Positions 33,858 through 46,089 of a stretch of DNA of 46,960 nt are shown piece by piece. The DNA lies in contig NC_068981.1 of NCBI RefSeq assembly GCF_001194135.2, positions 72,988,149 through 73,035,108 of the forward strand. Direction: 5' to 3'. Position 1 is the first letter of the stretch. Each line of letters begins with the position of its first letter. This DNA comes from Octopus bimaculoides (Eukaryota). Both the position numbers and the translations under genes were made by a program. The notes beneath the pieces are model-generated. The model was given only the letters and a program-made list of their open reading frames with translations, was not told the origin of the DNA and ran no database searches.

Positions 33858-36456
33858 CTGAAATAATATAATACATACATATGTGTATATATATATATAT
33901 ATATATATTACAACATTTTATATAGAGTTACCCTATAGAGCCTTGTGGGTGCAAAACCTTGGGTACCTCCATATAAGATTTTGTTGTAATAATTATTGTT
34001 TTGTTTTATACAGTGTGCTTCATTCTGATATATGTTTTTTTTATTAACTATATATAATATAAANNNNNNNNNNNNNNNNNNNNNNNNNNNNNNNNNNNNN
34101 NNNNNNNNNNNNNNNNNNNNNNNNNNNNNNNNNNNNNNNNNNNNNNNNNNNNNNNNNNNNNNNNNNNNNNNNNNNNNNNNNNNNNNNNNNNNNNNNNNNN
34201 NNNNNNNNNNNNNGGCTCAACACAGCCAAGTATCTAGAGCAGGGGTGGGGAAAATTTCCAATGGAAACGGTCGGCGGGCGGACCACAAGTTCTAACTCTT
34301 ATATCTGTGTCAATATTATATATATATCTATATATAATTCGATTAACTTTATTTTTTTTGAAAACTTTCTCTTGAGTAAGGTACATAACTCTGCTTGTCT
34401 TTATTTGCCTGGTCTGTTAATAAGCAGTGTTCATATTTCCAATTCAAGTTATCTGTTGGAAAGAAGATTCAGCTATGGAAAAAAAGTACTCCAAAAATAA
34501 ATAAATGTCCAAATTCTCAAAAAGTCTTCACCCATCTTCTTCCTTGTTTGGGAAAATGAATGTAGAATAATAAGAAAATAAAACAATTTTTTCAGTTTTT
34601 TTTTTCTTACAGATTTTATTTAAGAAACTTGGGACCATCTACAAAAAAATATGTCTACTTGATAACAATGCTACTAATTTGTTTTTGAGATTAGAGCTAA
34701 TAAGTTTGGGCCATTCTTCAGCTGTTAAAAGTACTTCACATGTAAATTATAAAGGGGATGGATTCCTTATAAAACTATTTGTAAAATGGTAAATGGCTAT
34801 CTCTTAATGTACTCAGTAGATACAAAAACAGTTATTGATTTTCTTTTCTTTACTCAACATAACCTTTTGACAGGAATTAGTATGATTTTTAAAATGTTTT
34901 AAATTTTTCTCTTTGTGTTATTACTTCACCAAGGAAAAAAAACTGATGCTTTCACAAACATTGAAAAGAAAGAAAAAATTTTAAAAAAAAATTACAAAAA
35001 AAAATCTCATAATGGAGCTTAGATGTTTTCTACAAAACCATTTGGACGAAAATAGATCACTATCTTATACAACCATTGGGATGAAAATAGCACAACTATT
35101 TGTATAAAAGCACATTATACCTTACACAACCGTTATAAGTAAAAGTTGCTTTCCTATTTTTTCTTTTTCACAACCATGAAAATTTTACAGTTTATAGAAA
35201 TGTAAGTCAGTTGCTTTCATGACTTTTTGGGAAAATGATGGTGTGTGAAAATGGCTTAGACTGTGAAAATTGTTGGTTTTGTTGTTATCTAAACAGATAA
35301 AAAACTTCAGGCTTTTAAAACATAGAATGTGGAGTGGAAGTCCTATAATGTGATCCAGCTACATGTTTTCTTTTTTGTTGTTAGCATTTCTAAAGTTATT
35401 TCAAAGATTTCAGTCTCTTACAAGAGTTTGTTGATATGTTTTAGTGTTATAATCATTTGTCTGCATCTTCTGTTCCAAGTGTCCTTTTTTTGTGGGGTTT
35501 ATAGACAGTTAAGTAATATTTAAATATAATGTGGAATGATCCCATGAAAGACTGCTACATAGATTTAGAAGATTTCCTTCACTAAATTATATTAAAAGAC
35601 AAATATTACGAAAATAAAAAAAGATATTCAGAAGACAAAACAAAACACGACATACAAATTTCATAAATTGTCTGGTGTTTCTACCTGAAAATAGTTTTGA
35701 AGTATCACCACAGAAAGGCTATATCCATAGCTTTTAGATGCTTAGGATGTAGATGTATTTCTTGGCAATAATCTGTGTTGAGAGTGTTGTGTGTTCTTGT
35801 CATTTAGTGTGGTTTGAAAATGAATATGTTGCATTGACACACACACAGTGGTTTATCTAAATCTAAATGTGGGGTTTCATATTCTGTTTTCATCAGATCA
35901 AGAAATATGTTGGATAGATTTAGACTTGTTTCATTTATGATTATTGCTAAAGAATAGAAGTCAGTGAAGTGATGTCATTTGGTTTTGTTTTTTTTTGTTT
36001 TGTTTTTCGCTCTCATTTCGATTATTATGTAATTAGCATAAATTTGTTTGATTTTTTGTTGTTTTTTTTTTACCCATAGATTTATTTCTTGTTACCTATT
36101 CTTGAAGTGATTGTAAGATTGACTGCTTTTATCTTTTTTTATTTTTTTACTAGATTGTTTTTAAATAACAAAATCTATTTGATCCTGTATCAGCAATATC
36201 TATTTTATAAATTTATAAAAGTTGACTAAATACAATAAGTCCTACTTCAAAAATCTTTTTGACTTATGGAATATTTTCTCCTTAGAAATTCCAACTATAT
36301 TATCATGTCACTCTGCCAAGAAAGTATGGATATTTCTTATTTGATAAAGTTGGCTTTTTCCCTATTGTTAATGAATCTACCATTTTTAAACTGTCAAAGA
36401 CTTGGCTATTTCTCACATATTAGTACTGCAGGCATGACGATAATATTTGTACATGT

Positions 36457-37016
36457 TTAATTCTCAAAGATTAAGAACCCTGAGAATGTTGAGTAATCGT
36501 TGAGCAGTGCTGAGTCTTTACTGAGTTGAATCCAGACATGGTCATCAACATTAAGATTAAGAATTATGGTGTTGCTGCTTGAACCAAATCCTGCTCGGCC
36601 ATCTCCATGCAGTGGAAGCTGGTGCTGGTTATTCACCATCAGCCAGGCAAAGGCATCGATTTTATTTTGACCCATAATATGTGCTGTGAAAAGGTAAGTC
36701 CCATTGAGCTGACAGACGAAATGGGATGTATAAATGTCAAAATTGTCACCAATATTTACAAAGATGTTGTTGAAAGTCACTATTGTGTCTTGTAAAACCC
36801 GTCCCAGCTTGGTTGTTCTGCTGGCAGAAAATGCAATTCGTTTACTAGGTTTACTTGAAAGACCCTTTTCCCCTCTATCTCCCTTGTACCCTGGATATCC
36901 TCGGGGTCCCATAGCTCCTTTAATTCCTTCACCTCCATTTGTGCCGATTTCTCCTTTTTGTCCTTTCCTCCCACGGCTTCCTTTCTCTCCTGTTGGTCCC
37001 AATGCTCCACTTTCAC
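36457..37016 (-). CDS. Collagen + C1q-domain protein, exon 2 (collagen C-half + gC1q domain + stop)
   Basis: tttcag| acceptor in phase 1. Gly-X-Y run, then IAFSASR...VTFNNIFVNIGDNFDIYTSHFVCQLNGTYLFTAH...SSSNTIILNLNVDDHVWIQL...YSTFSGFLIFEN*. Confidence 0.95.
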
Positions 37017-38992
37017 CTGAAATGAAAACACATATAGTATTATGAGTAAAGAACCCTTTAGTTCTGTCTTATTCAAAACTTGTCAACCTCTCTATTGGCC
37101 TATGAGAAAATGCACCCAGTACATTCTGTAAAGTGAATGACAATAGGAAGGGCATCTGGCCATAGAAACCAGGCCAAGTGACATTGACAGGTACCAGTCT
37201 ATTAAGAAATGACCGTGATGACCTACCCAATCCATGCCAGCGTAGAAAGTGAACATTAAATGATAATGATATTTTATAAACAGAAACACATCTCTTTACA
37301 TTCTAAGTTCAAGTTGTATCAAAGTTGACTTTGTCTTTTCTCCTTCTTGGGTCAATTAAATACAATGTACCAGTCCAGTACTTCAATTTTCAATGACTTT
37401 TCATTTGACTACATTATCCAATCTGTTCTTTCTGTTTTAGAATTTGGGGTGTAATTTGAGTGGCAGACTTAATCGATCACTCAATTTAATACCAATATAC
37501 GGCCATTGGGCACATTTAATGAAGTTCACATTATTTCAGCTATCTGGGCCAGGTCTCTGGCCAACTTTCTCCCTTCAGTCTTCTACTATTGGAGGTCCTG
37601 GAATGGGGTCATGAGCACTGCTCTTCCTTTTTTTGCTACTTGTAATATTCAATATACTTCTAAATTTACAGTAATCATTTAATCCATGCTAACCCATGCA
37701 CACGTTTGATTATGTGTGTCTGTGTATTTATTTATATATATCCTTTTATACTTTTCATTCACTGGACCGTGGTTGTATTGGAGCACTGTTATTAGGGGTT
37801 TTAGTCAGTTATATGAAACCCAGTTCCTTGCCCTGTATTTATTTTATAGACCTTACAATAAAGTTGGCCAATGCGTAAAGAGATTTAACTGATGTAAACC
37901 CAAATATAATAAGTATTTTTTGTTCATCATGCTGGTTCTGCTATCCTTTATTTTCACACACACACACACACACCTCTCTCTCTTTGGCTTAAGAGTTTTG
38001 ATGTACTAAGCTATGAGATTGATCCAGAACTACGTGGTTATGCAGCAAACCTCTGATACAGGCACAATCATGGCTGTGTGTGAAGAAGTTCATTTAGCAA
38101 CTGCATGACGTTTGAGTTCTGTTGCATTGAATAGCATCTTGGGCAAGTGTCTTGTACCCATAGCCTTGGGCTGACCAAAGTTTTGTAAATGAAATTTGGT
38201 ACATGGAAACTATGTAGAAACCCCATCAAAACTATATTTTTTTCTTGGGTTGTTCATTTAAATCTTTTGCCTGGTTTCATACCATTACACGGCCTTTGAG
38301 TACCTTTTGCAGAGAGTGCATTTTTACGTGCATCTGGGCTAGATCTTTGGTCTGAGGACGACTTTCTTCCACCAAGTCTCAGAAGCTATGACACTGATCA
38401 ATAGCACAACCTTTCTTCTTTACTAAAACATGTATCTACACACACACATTATATGTTATATTTTTGAATAGTAAACAAAAAAAAAAAGAAAATAATAATA
38501 ATGATAAATGCTCTGATGCAATTGTCAGGTAGTGGCTCTCATGGCTTTTGATGTTAACTGGAAGTGCTATCATGTACATGTTTTGTCTTAGTATAAAAGA
38601 TGGGCTACAGCAAATATTCTGCTCAGTACCACAAATTTGCTTGTTATTTGCTTGGCCTCAACCAGTTGAGCATATCCCTTAGTGACTGACGATGCATGCA
38701 TCTCTGATCACAGGCAGAAGTAGTGGGGGAGCATCATAGCCATGTGTTGAAGAATTTTTTGGAGTTTGAATAATTCCCCTCTGGTAAAATGGATGTTTTG
38801 TTCATCATCCTTAAACAAACCTTATTCAGTGACCTTTTAAGTGGGACAGGTTACTCAACCTGAAAAAAGATTCTAACTGGGCTCTCCCTGCTATGTCATG
38901 TGCTGTTTATCTTGATATGAGATCACCATTTTGTGCACATGGTTGTGATGCATGTGCCTGGTGTACCTTTATCAGATGGGTTGTCATGATGG

Positions 38993-39359
38993 TGTGGAGG
39001 CGCAATGGCCCCGTGGTTAGGGCAGCGGACTCACGGTCATAGGATCGCGGTTTCGATTCCCAGACCGGGCGTTGTGAGTGTTTATAGAGCGAAAACACTT
39101 AAAGCTCCACGAGGCTCCAGCAGGGGATGGTGGCGAACCCTGCTGTACTCTTTCACCACAACTTTCTCTCACTCTTACTTCCTGTTTCTGTTGTGCCTGT
39201 AATTCAAAGGGTCAGCCTTGTCACACTGTGTCAAGCTGAATATCCCCAAGAACTACGTTAAGGGTACACGTGTCTGTGGAGTGCTCAGCCACTTGCACGT
39301 TAATTTCACGAGCAGGCTGTTCCATTGGTCGGATCAACTGGAACCCTCGACGTCGTAAG
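38993..39359 (+). mobile_element. Full-length tRNA-derived SINE with 11-bp TSD, nested in an older repeat
   Basis: A box TGGCCCCGTGG and B box GGTTTCGATTCCC. TGTCATGATGG occurs at 38982-38992 and 39360-39370. Confidence 0.9.
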
Positions 39360-39461
39360 TGTCATGATGGGTATATTGAGCTTCATATATTTTTGTACGC
39401 CAGAGTCACTTTGACAGCATGCATTGCTTTCTCACTCAATAATAAATATTAAAATATTTAC

Positions 39462-39699
39462 CTTTTAATCCAAATGGGCCTTGTGGTCCATGTTCTCCTC
39501 TCTCTCCTTTTTGACCTTCAATTCCCATAGCACCTTGCAGACCTGGTATTCCAGGTACTCCTGACGGACCTGTCTGGCCAACACAGCACTTACACTCCTT
39601 GTCCTGAAGATATGCATGGGTACCTGAAGCAACCACCTGAATGTGCATAGCCAATAGCCATGTCAGACTGGAAAGCTTCAGTCCAAATGTGTGTTCCAT
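39462..39699 (-). CDS. Collagen + C1q-domain protein, first coding exon (signal peptide, CKCC, collagen N-half)
   Basis: MEHTFGLKLSSLTWLLAMHIQVVASGTHAYLQDKECKCCVGQTGPSGVPGIPG...GPFGLK-G|gtaaat, 238 nt, phase 1. An upstream acceptor (tttacag| near 39731) implies a non-coding first exon. Confidence 0.92.
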
Positions 39700-40189
39700 C
39701 AGTCTAGGAAGTGCAGCACTAATATGGTCACCTGTAAATCAATGAGGAGAAATGTAATTTCAAGTTTAATATTTCAACCATTATTATTTGAGCTGGTAAA
39801 ATCAGTTAACATACTGGACGAAATGCTGCTAAGTACTTTGTCTGTCTGTGTTCTGAGTTCAAGTTCTACTCTGTGTGTGTGTGTACGTGTACATGTGCAT
39901 GAACGTGTGCACATATGTGTAGGTATGGCTGAGTTGTTAAGACATTCTCTTCAGAAGTGTGTCTTTGAGAGTTTCCTACTGCATGGACATTGTCAGTTAG
40001 TGTTTTTCACTATAGCTGCATATTAATCAGTGTTTTATGAGAGAACGAAATTGGAAGAGGCCTTTCATATATATATTTCTATATGTGTGTGTGTGTGTCA
40101 TTGCACATGTGCTTTGGGTATGTGTGTGTGTATGAGAGTCATCATTGTTTTAAAATCTACTTTTTCATGCTCGCATGGGCTTTCTCTCT

Positions 40190-40860
40190 TTTTACTCTTT
40201 TACTTGTTTCAGTCATTTGACTGCGGCCATGCTGGAGCACCGCCTTTAGTCGAGCAAATCGACCCCAGGACTTGTTCTTTGTAAGCCTAGTACTTATTCT
40301 ATCGGTCTCTTTTGCCGAACCGCTAAGTTACGGGGACGTAAGCACACCACCATCAATTGTCAAGCGATGTTGGGGGGACAAACACAGACACACAAGCATA
40401 CACCCCCACCACATATATATATATATATATATATATATANNNNNNNNNNNNNNNNNNNNNNNNNNNNNNNNNNNNNNNNNNNNNNNNNNNNNNNNNNNNN
40501 NNNNNNNNNNNNNNNNNNNNNNNNNNNNNNNNNNNNNNNNNNNNNNNNNNNNNNNNNNNNNNNNNNNNNNNNNNNNNNNNNNNNNNNNNNNNNNNNNNNN
40601 NNNNNNNNNNNNNNNNNNNNNNNNNNNNNNNNNNNNNNNNNNNNNNNTACTTACCACCACACAGCCACTCCTGATATATATATATATATACACATATATA
40701 CGACAGGCTTCTTTCAGTTTCCGTCTGCCAAATCTACTCACAAGGCTTTGGTCGGCCCGAGGCTATAGTAGAAGACACTTGCCCAATATGCCACGCAGTG
40801 GGAATGAACCCAGAACCATGTGGTTGGTAAGCAAGCTACTTACCATACAGCCACTCCTGT
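40190..40860 (-). mobile_element. tRNA-derived SINE(s) with internal microsatellite broken by a gap
   Basis: Body at 40190-40385, microsatellite and gap, then head(s) at about 40650-40860. Confidence 0.8.
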
Positions 40861-41775
40861 GCCTGGGTGGCTTTTTTTTTTTTTTGAGGCAGATTTTCTA
40901 TGTCTGGATGCTTTGTCACTAAGCCTCACTTGTTTCCAAGCAAGGTGCTATGTTATTTACAGCATATTGGAAATGAATAACACTTGTATGACAGCGACAC
41001 TCAATTACAACCACCACACAATGTCAAGACAAAATGACACAAACATACATGCACTTACACATGCACATATACATGTAACATGGATGAATACAGATATAAC
41101 AAGGCACCACATAAAAGCACCCATGCCAAAGCCGCATAAAAAGCACCACTTGTGCCGGTGCCACGAAAAAGCATCTGTGCTGGCACCACATAAAATGCAC
41201 CCTGTACACTCTGTAAAGTAGTTGGTGTAAGGAAAGGCATCCAGCTGTTGAAACCATGCCACAACAACTGACTGGTCTAGCTTTCCAGCTCTGAAAATTG
41301 TCAACTCCTTTTGAACTGTCCAACTTATGCCAGCATGGAGAATGGGCTTTAAATGATGATGATGATAATTTCTTGATTTATTTAAATTATCTCTGCCCCC
41401 AGAGGATCATCATCATCATCATTTAGCATCTGCTTTCCATGCTGGCATGCGTTAGACAGTTTGACTGGAACTGGTAAGTTGGAGGGCCGTACCATGTTCC
41501 AATCTGATTTGGCTTGGTTTTGACAGCTGGATCCTCTTCCTAATGCCAACCGCTCCAAGAGTGTAATGGGTGCTTTTTACGTACCAGTTACATGACACTG
41601 GCGATTTCCAAATGGCAGTTAGGACCAGCTCCATATGAGATAATCTCAAGAATCAAGAATTCTCCAAAGTTGATATGCCATTAAGGAAAAGATCAACCTT
41701 AATGCCTGGAGATAAAAGGACAATTGTGAATATGTTTTGACCACAACAGGCATCTTCAGCAAGACAGTGTATCTA

Positions 41776-41983
41776 TGAGGGGATGCTGAAAAGTTCCTGG
41801 CTTTAAGGGTGTCGCGAAAGGCATGTTGGGCCTTCCAAGTTCTTTTGTAGGGCTTAGAAAAACTGAAGGACTACTGTAATAAGTGTGTTAATCTGAGAGG
41901 GGAATATGTTGTATAAAATCATAATTAACTGAACCTCTTGTATTTTCTTTTACCCAAGCCAGGAACTTTTCAGCACCCCCTTG
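41776..41983 (+). mobile_element. Mariner-derived MITE (deletion derivative)
   Basis: TA|TGAGGGGATGCTGAAAAGTTCCTGGCTT ... AAGCCAGGAACTTTTCAGCACCCCCTTG|TA. The interior keeps the transposase end NKCVNLRGEYVV*. Confidence 0.9.
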
Positions 41984-43154
41984 TATATCTATATATATAC
42001 ATATAACCGGTTTCATTCAGTTTATCTACCAAATGCACTCACAAGGCTTTGGTTGGTCCAAGGGCTGTAGTAGAATACACTTGCCTGAGGTTTCATGTGG
42101 CAAGACAGAGCCTAAAACCATGTGGTTGGGAAGCAAGCCTCTGAACCACACCATTGTGTATGTGTTTCCCTTGTTGTGATGTGTGCAATGATTGTTAACA
42201 AAGAGTCACCTTTCATGCAAAAGGCTATGATATGTTTGTAATCTTGCATGAAAGCATGTCCAGGTTTTTCATTGTCCAGTAGACTCAATGAAATGTTATG
42301 CTGCTTGAAAGCAACTGTAGGTTAGTAAATGTCCGAACCTTGCTATCTTGACATGTAGACATTGCAACAACAATAATAATGATGATGATGAGTGTGTGTA
42401 TGTGTGCGTGTCCATCTTTAGGAATTTTTAATACTTTAGCTTTGATTACTTTGCTTATCTTCAATAAAAGTCTAATAAGACTCATGTTTGTGTACTGCCA
42501 TGCACATATTACCATTTATATGTTTTTACTTTATTTTTTTTTTGTTTTAAATTTATTTCCATATTACTCAGCTGTTACCATGGAAGATTGGATAATATTG
42601 CTTTAAAAATAAGCCAGGCATTTTGCTTGTTATTAAATTTAACTGATATAACTCTTTCCTTTAGTATCCAGTCTGATGGCTGTGGAACACACCAAATATT
42701 GAACATTCTATTAAGTGACAGAGCGTATAGGGAAGAAAGAAATGTTAGTAAAACAAAGAGAGATACAGAGCAACCAATTTGAAAGTCTACGTATATTGCA
42801 AATATTATTAATGCAAAATAAAACAGTTTTGCTTTGACCTTTTGATGTCAAATGAAATAAGATATTTTTAGTTACTGTTAAGTAGTTTGTTGTCCTCAAT
42901 GTCTATGTTAATATTTATCTCTTGTGCGTTTGTGTCATGTGTTTGTATGTTGCATGCCTGTATATGAATGCTGGTGCATTTTATTCTTATTTCCTGTTGG
43001 ATATGTGTTTGTATGTATGTGTGTGTGTTTGTCATGGCTACAGTTATCTGTTATGCATGTAATTACTCTTCTTTTTATTATATTAGTGCACACACAACCA
43101 TGAGATTTTGACATGAAATCAGGAGAAAACGGAAGCAATAAAAATAATTCTTTC

Positions 43155-43778
43155 TATAATAGGCATAAGGCTTGAAATTTTGGGAGCAGGGTTAGTCGAT
43201 TACATTAACCCCAGTGTTTGATTGGTACTTATTTTATTGACCATGAAGGGATGAAAGGTCGACCATGGCAGAATTTGAACTCAGAGCACAAGGACGGATA
43301 AAATGCTGCTAAGCATTTTGCCCAGAGTGCTAACTTTCTGCCAGTTTGCCAATAATAATGATATCTGTACAAGGCTTGAAATTTGGGAAGAGGGGCTAAT
43401 TGGTTACATTGGCTCCAGTGTACAACTGATACTTATTTTAGCTCCTCTGAAAGGATGAAAAGCAAAATTAACCTCAGTGGCATTTGAACTGAGAACTTAA
43501 AGCCAAAAGAAAAGCTGCTAATGACTCTACCAGCTTTAATGACTCTACCTTAATGATAATTATGATTATCCTTTCTGTTATAGGCACAAGGTCTGAAATT
43601 TGGGGGAGGGGGTAGTTGATTACATTGACCCCACTGTTTCACTGGTAATTAATTTATCGACCAGAAAGGATGAAAGGCAAAGTCGACTTCGGCGTAATCG
43701 GAACCCAGAATGTAGCAGCAGACGAAATACTGCTAGCATTTCTCCCGGCATGCTAACAATTCTGCCAACTTGCAGCCC
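43155..43778 (-). mobile_element. Three head-to-tail SINE copies
   Basis: Homologous ~200-bp units at about 43155-43350, 43365-43545 and 43575-43778, separated by short AAT-rich spacers. Confidence 0.8.
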
Positions 43779-43792
43779 TAATAATAATAATG

Positions 43793-43826
<34 letters not shown>

Positions 43827-44180
43827 CAATAATAATAACAATAATAATAATAATAACAACAATAATAATAATAATAATAATAACAATAATAATAATAATA
43901 ATAATAAATGATGATGATGATAATGATAATAATAATAATAAATGATGATGATGATAATAATAATAAATGATGATGATGATGATAATAATAATAATAAATG
44001 ATGATGATGATGATAATAATAATAATAAATGATGATGATGATGATAATAATAATAATAATAAATGATGATGATAATAATAATAATAATAAATGATGATGA
44101 TGATAATATAATAATAAATGATGATGATGATATAATAATAATAAATGATGATGATAATAATATAATAATAATTAATGATG
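43779..44180. repeat. Compound (AAT)n/(GAT)n satellite
   Basis: About 125 bp of (AAT/AAC)n, followed by repeated (AAT)4-6-A-(ATG)3-5 cassettes. Confidence 0.95.
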
Positions 44181-45333
44181 ACAGTTTCTCATTTAGGTAC
44201 AGTGTCGTCAACTTTTGAGGAAACGGATTAGTCATAATTGCTTTGGATTACAAATCAATTCTCTATTAATTGAAAACTGTCTTCTCTGGTTTCTTATAAA
44301 TCTTCTACTTATTTTTAACTTTCAAATAATGCCACTGTTTTTTTTTGTTGTTTTTTTTTTGTCCTTTAATATAAAACCCTAATAGTTTCAACCAAGTAGT
44401 TTTACTGTTTTCCTTTAATAAAATAGGTGATTCTGGAACACTAGATCTCACTGATAACAATAACTGAATGACTTCAGACACGTGTTAAAGCTAAGCTCAG
44501 TAACTTGATTGATATGGAAAGTTCAAATAGGTTATATTGAATCCTCAGTAGATTACATTTTCGAAGGCTTTTTTTTTTGAATAATATATATTGTTATTAT
44601 TTCCTTATTTTTTTTCTGCTCTTTTTCTTTTTTTCTTTCTATATTTGTTTATTTATTTTCTGTAAAGTGGAGCTTATCTTTGGGGCTTCAGTATAGTCAT
44701 CAATCATTATATCTTTTTAAATTGTGATATATTTTTAATGTAGGCTCTCTGCATTGATTTAGTCATGTAATAAAAGACAGCATGATAAAATGAAGTAGTT
44801 AGTGCAGTGGTGGCCCTGATCAAGCATATGCTCATGAAAAGAATTTTTCTTGATGCTTTAATGATTCTGTCAATCCAGGCTACAGCAAATATTCTGCTTA
44901 ATACCACAGATTTTCGTGTCAGTTGTTTGACTATAACCAGTTGAGCATGTCCCTTAATGGCTGATGATATGTGCATCTCTGATCATGAGCAGAAGTAGTG
45001 GGGGAGCATCATAGCCATGTGTTGAGAGGAATTCTTTTGGAGTTTGAATATTTCACCTATGGAAACATGGGTGTTTTGTTCATCATCCTGAAACAAACTT
45101 TATTCAGGGACCTTTTGAGCGGGATGGGTTACTCAACTTGAAGAAAATTCTAACTGGGTCCCACCTGCGAGGTCACGTGCTGTTTATCTTGATATGAGAT
45201 CACCATTTTGTGCACATAGTTGTGATGCATGTGCCTGGTGTACCCTTATCAGACGGGTAGTCATGATGGGTATATTGGGCTTCGTATATTTGTACCCCAG
45301 TGTCACTTTGATGGCATGCACTGCTCTCTCAGA

Positions 45334-45361
<28 letters not shown>

Positions 45362-45365
<4 letters not shown>

Positions 45366-46056
45366 TATTGGTTTCAAATTTTGGCACAAGGCCAGCAATT
45401 TCTAGGAGGGGATAAGTCAATTACATCAACCCCCTTGTTCAACTGGTGCTTATATAATCAACTCTTAACGAATGAAAGGCCAAGTCAACCCTGGTGGAAT
45501 TTGAACTGAAAATGTAAAGCTGGATGAAATGCTGCTTGGTGTTTTACCCAGTGTGCTAACAATTCTGCCAGCTTGCCACATTTTTCATGATAATAATAAT
45601 AGTAATAATAATGGTGGTGGTGATAGTTTCAAATTTTGGTATGAGGCCAATAATTTTAGGAGTGAGGGGATAGCCAATTACACTGACCCCATTACTTGAC
45701 TGGTACTTTATTTAATTGACCTTGACCAAATTTTAGCTCAGAATGTAAAAAGCAAAAAATGTCATTAAGCAGTTTGTCTGATGTATGAAGAATTCTGCTA
45801 ACTCACTGCCTATTATTATTAATATTATTATTATCATCATCATTATTAGGTGGTGAGCTGGCAGAATCGTTAGCATGCTGGGTGAAATGTTTAGGGGTAT
45901 TTCGTCTGCCGCTACGTTCTGAGTTCAAATTCCACTGAGGTTGACTTTGCCTTTCATCCTTTCGGGGTCGATAAAGTAAGTACCAGTTGAACACTGTGAG
46001 CAACGTAATCGACTCATCCCCACCTCCTCCAAGCTGCCCTTGTAGCAAAGATTTGA

Positions 46057-46089
<33 letters not shown>

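Noticed and set aside
35035-35180. Loosely repeated CAACCAT...GAAAATAG units, considered as a CRISPR-like or regular array
   Set aside because: Only three or four degenerate, irregularly spaced units in eukaryotic AT-rich DNA.
36734-37076. Alternative-frame and antisense ORFs over the collagen exon
   Set aside because: Shadows of the Gly-X-Y periodicity of the real C1q exon.
38995-39075. tRNA-like sequences with A and B boxes (also 33166-33240 and 9530-9602)
   Set aside because: These are SINE heads continuing into SINE bodies, without a complete cloverleaf or acceptor stem.
43600-44235. Poly-Asn, poly-Leu and poly-Ile ORFs
   Set aside because: Translations of the AAT/GAT satellite, with no splice context or homology.
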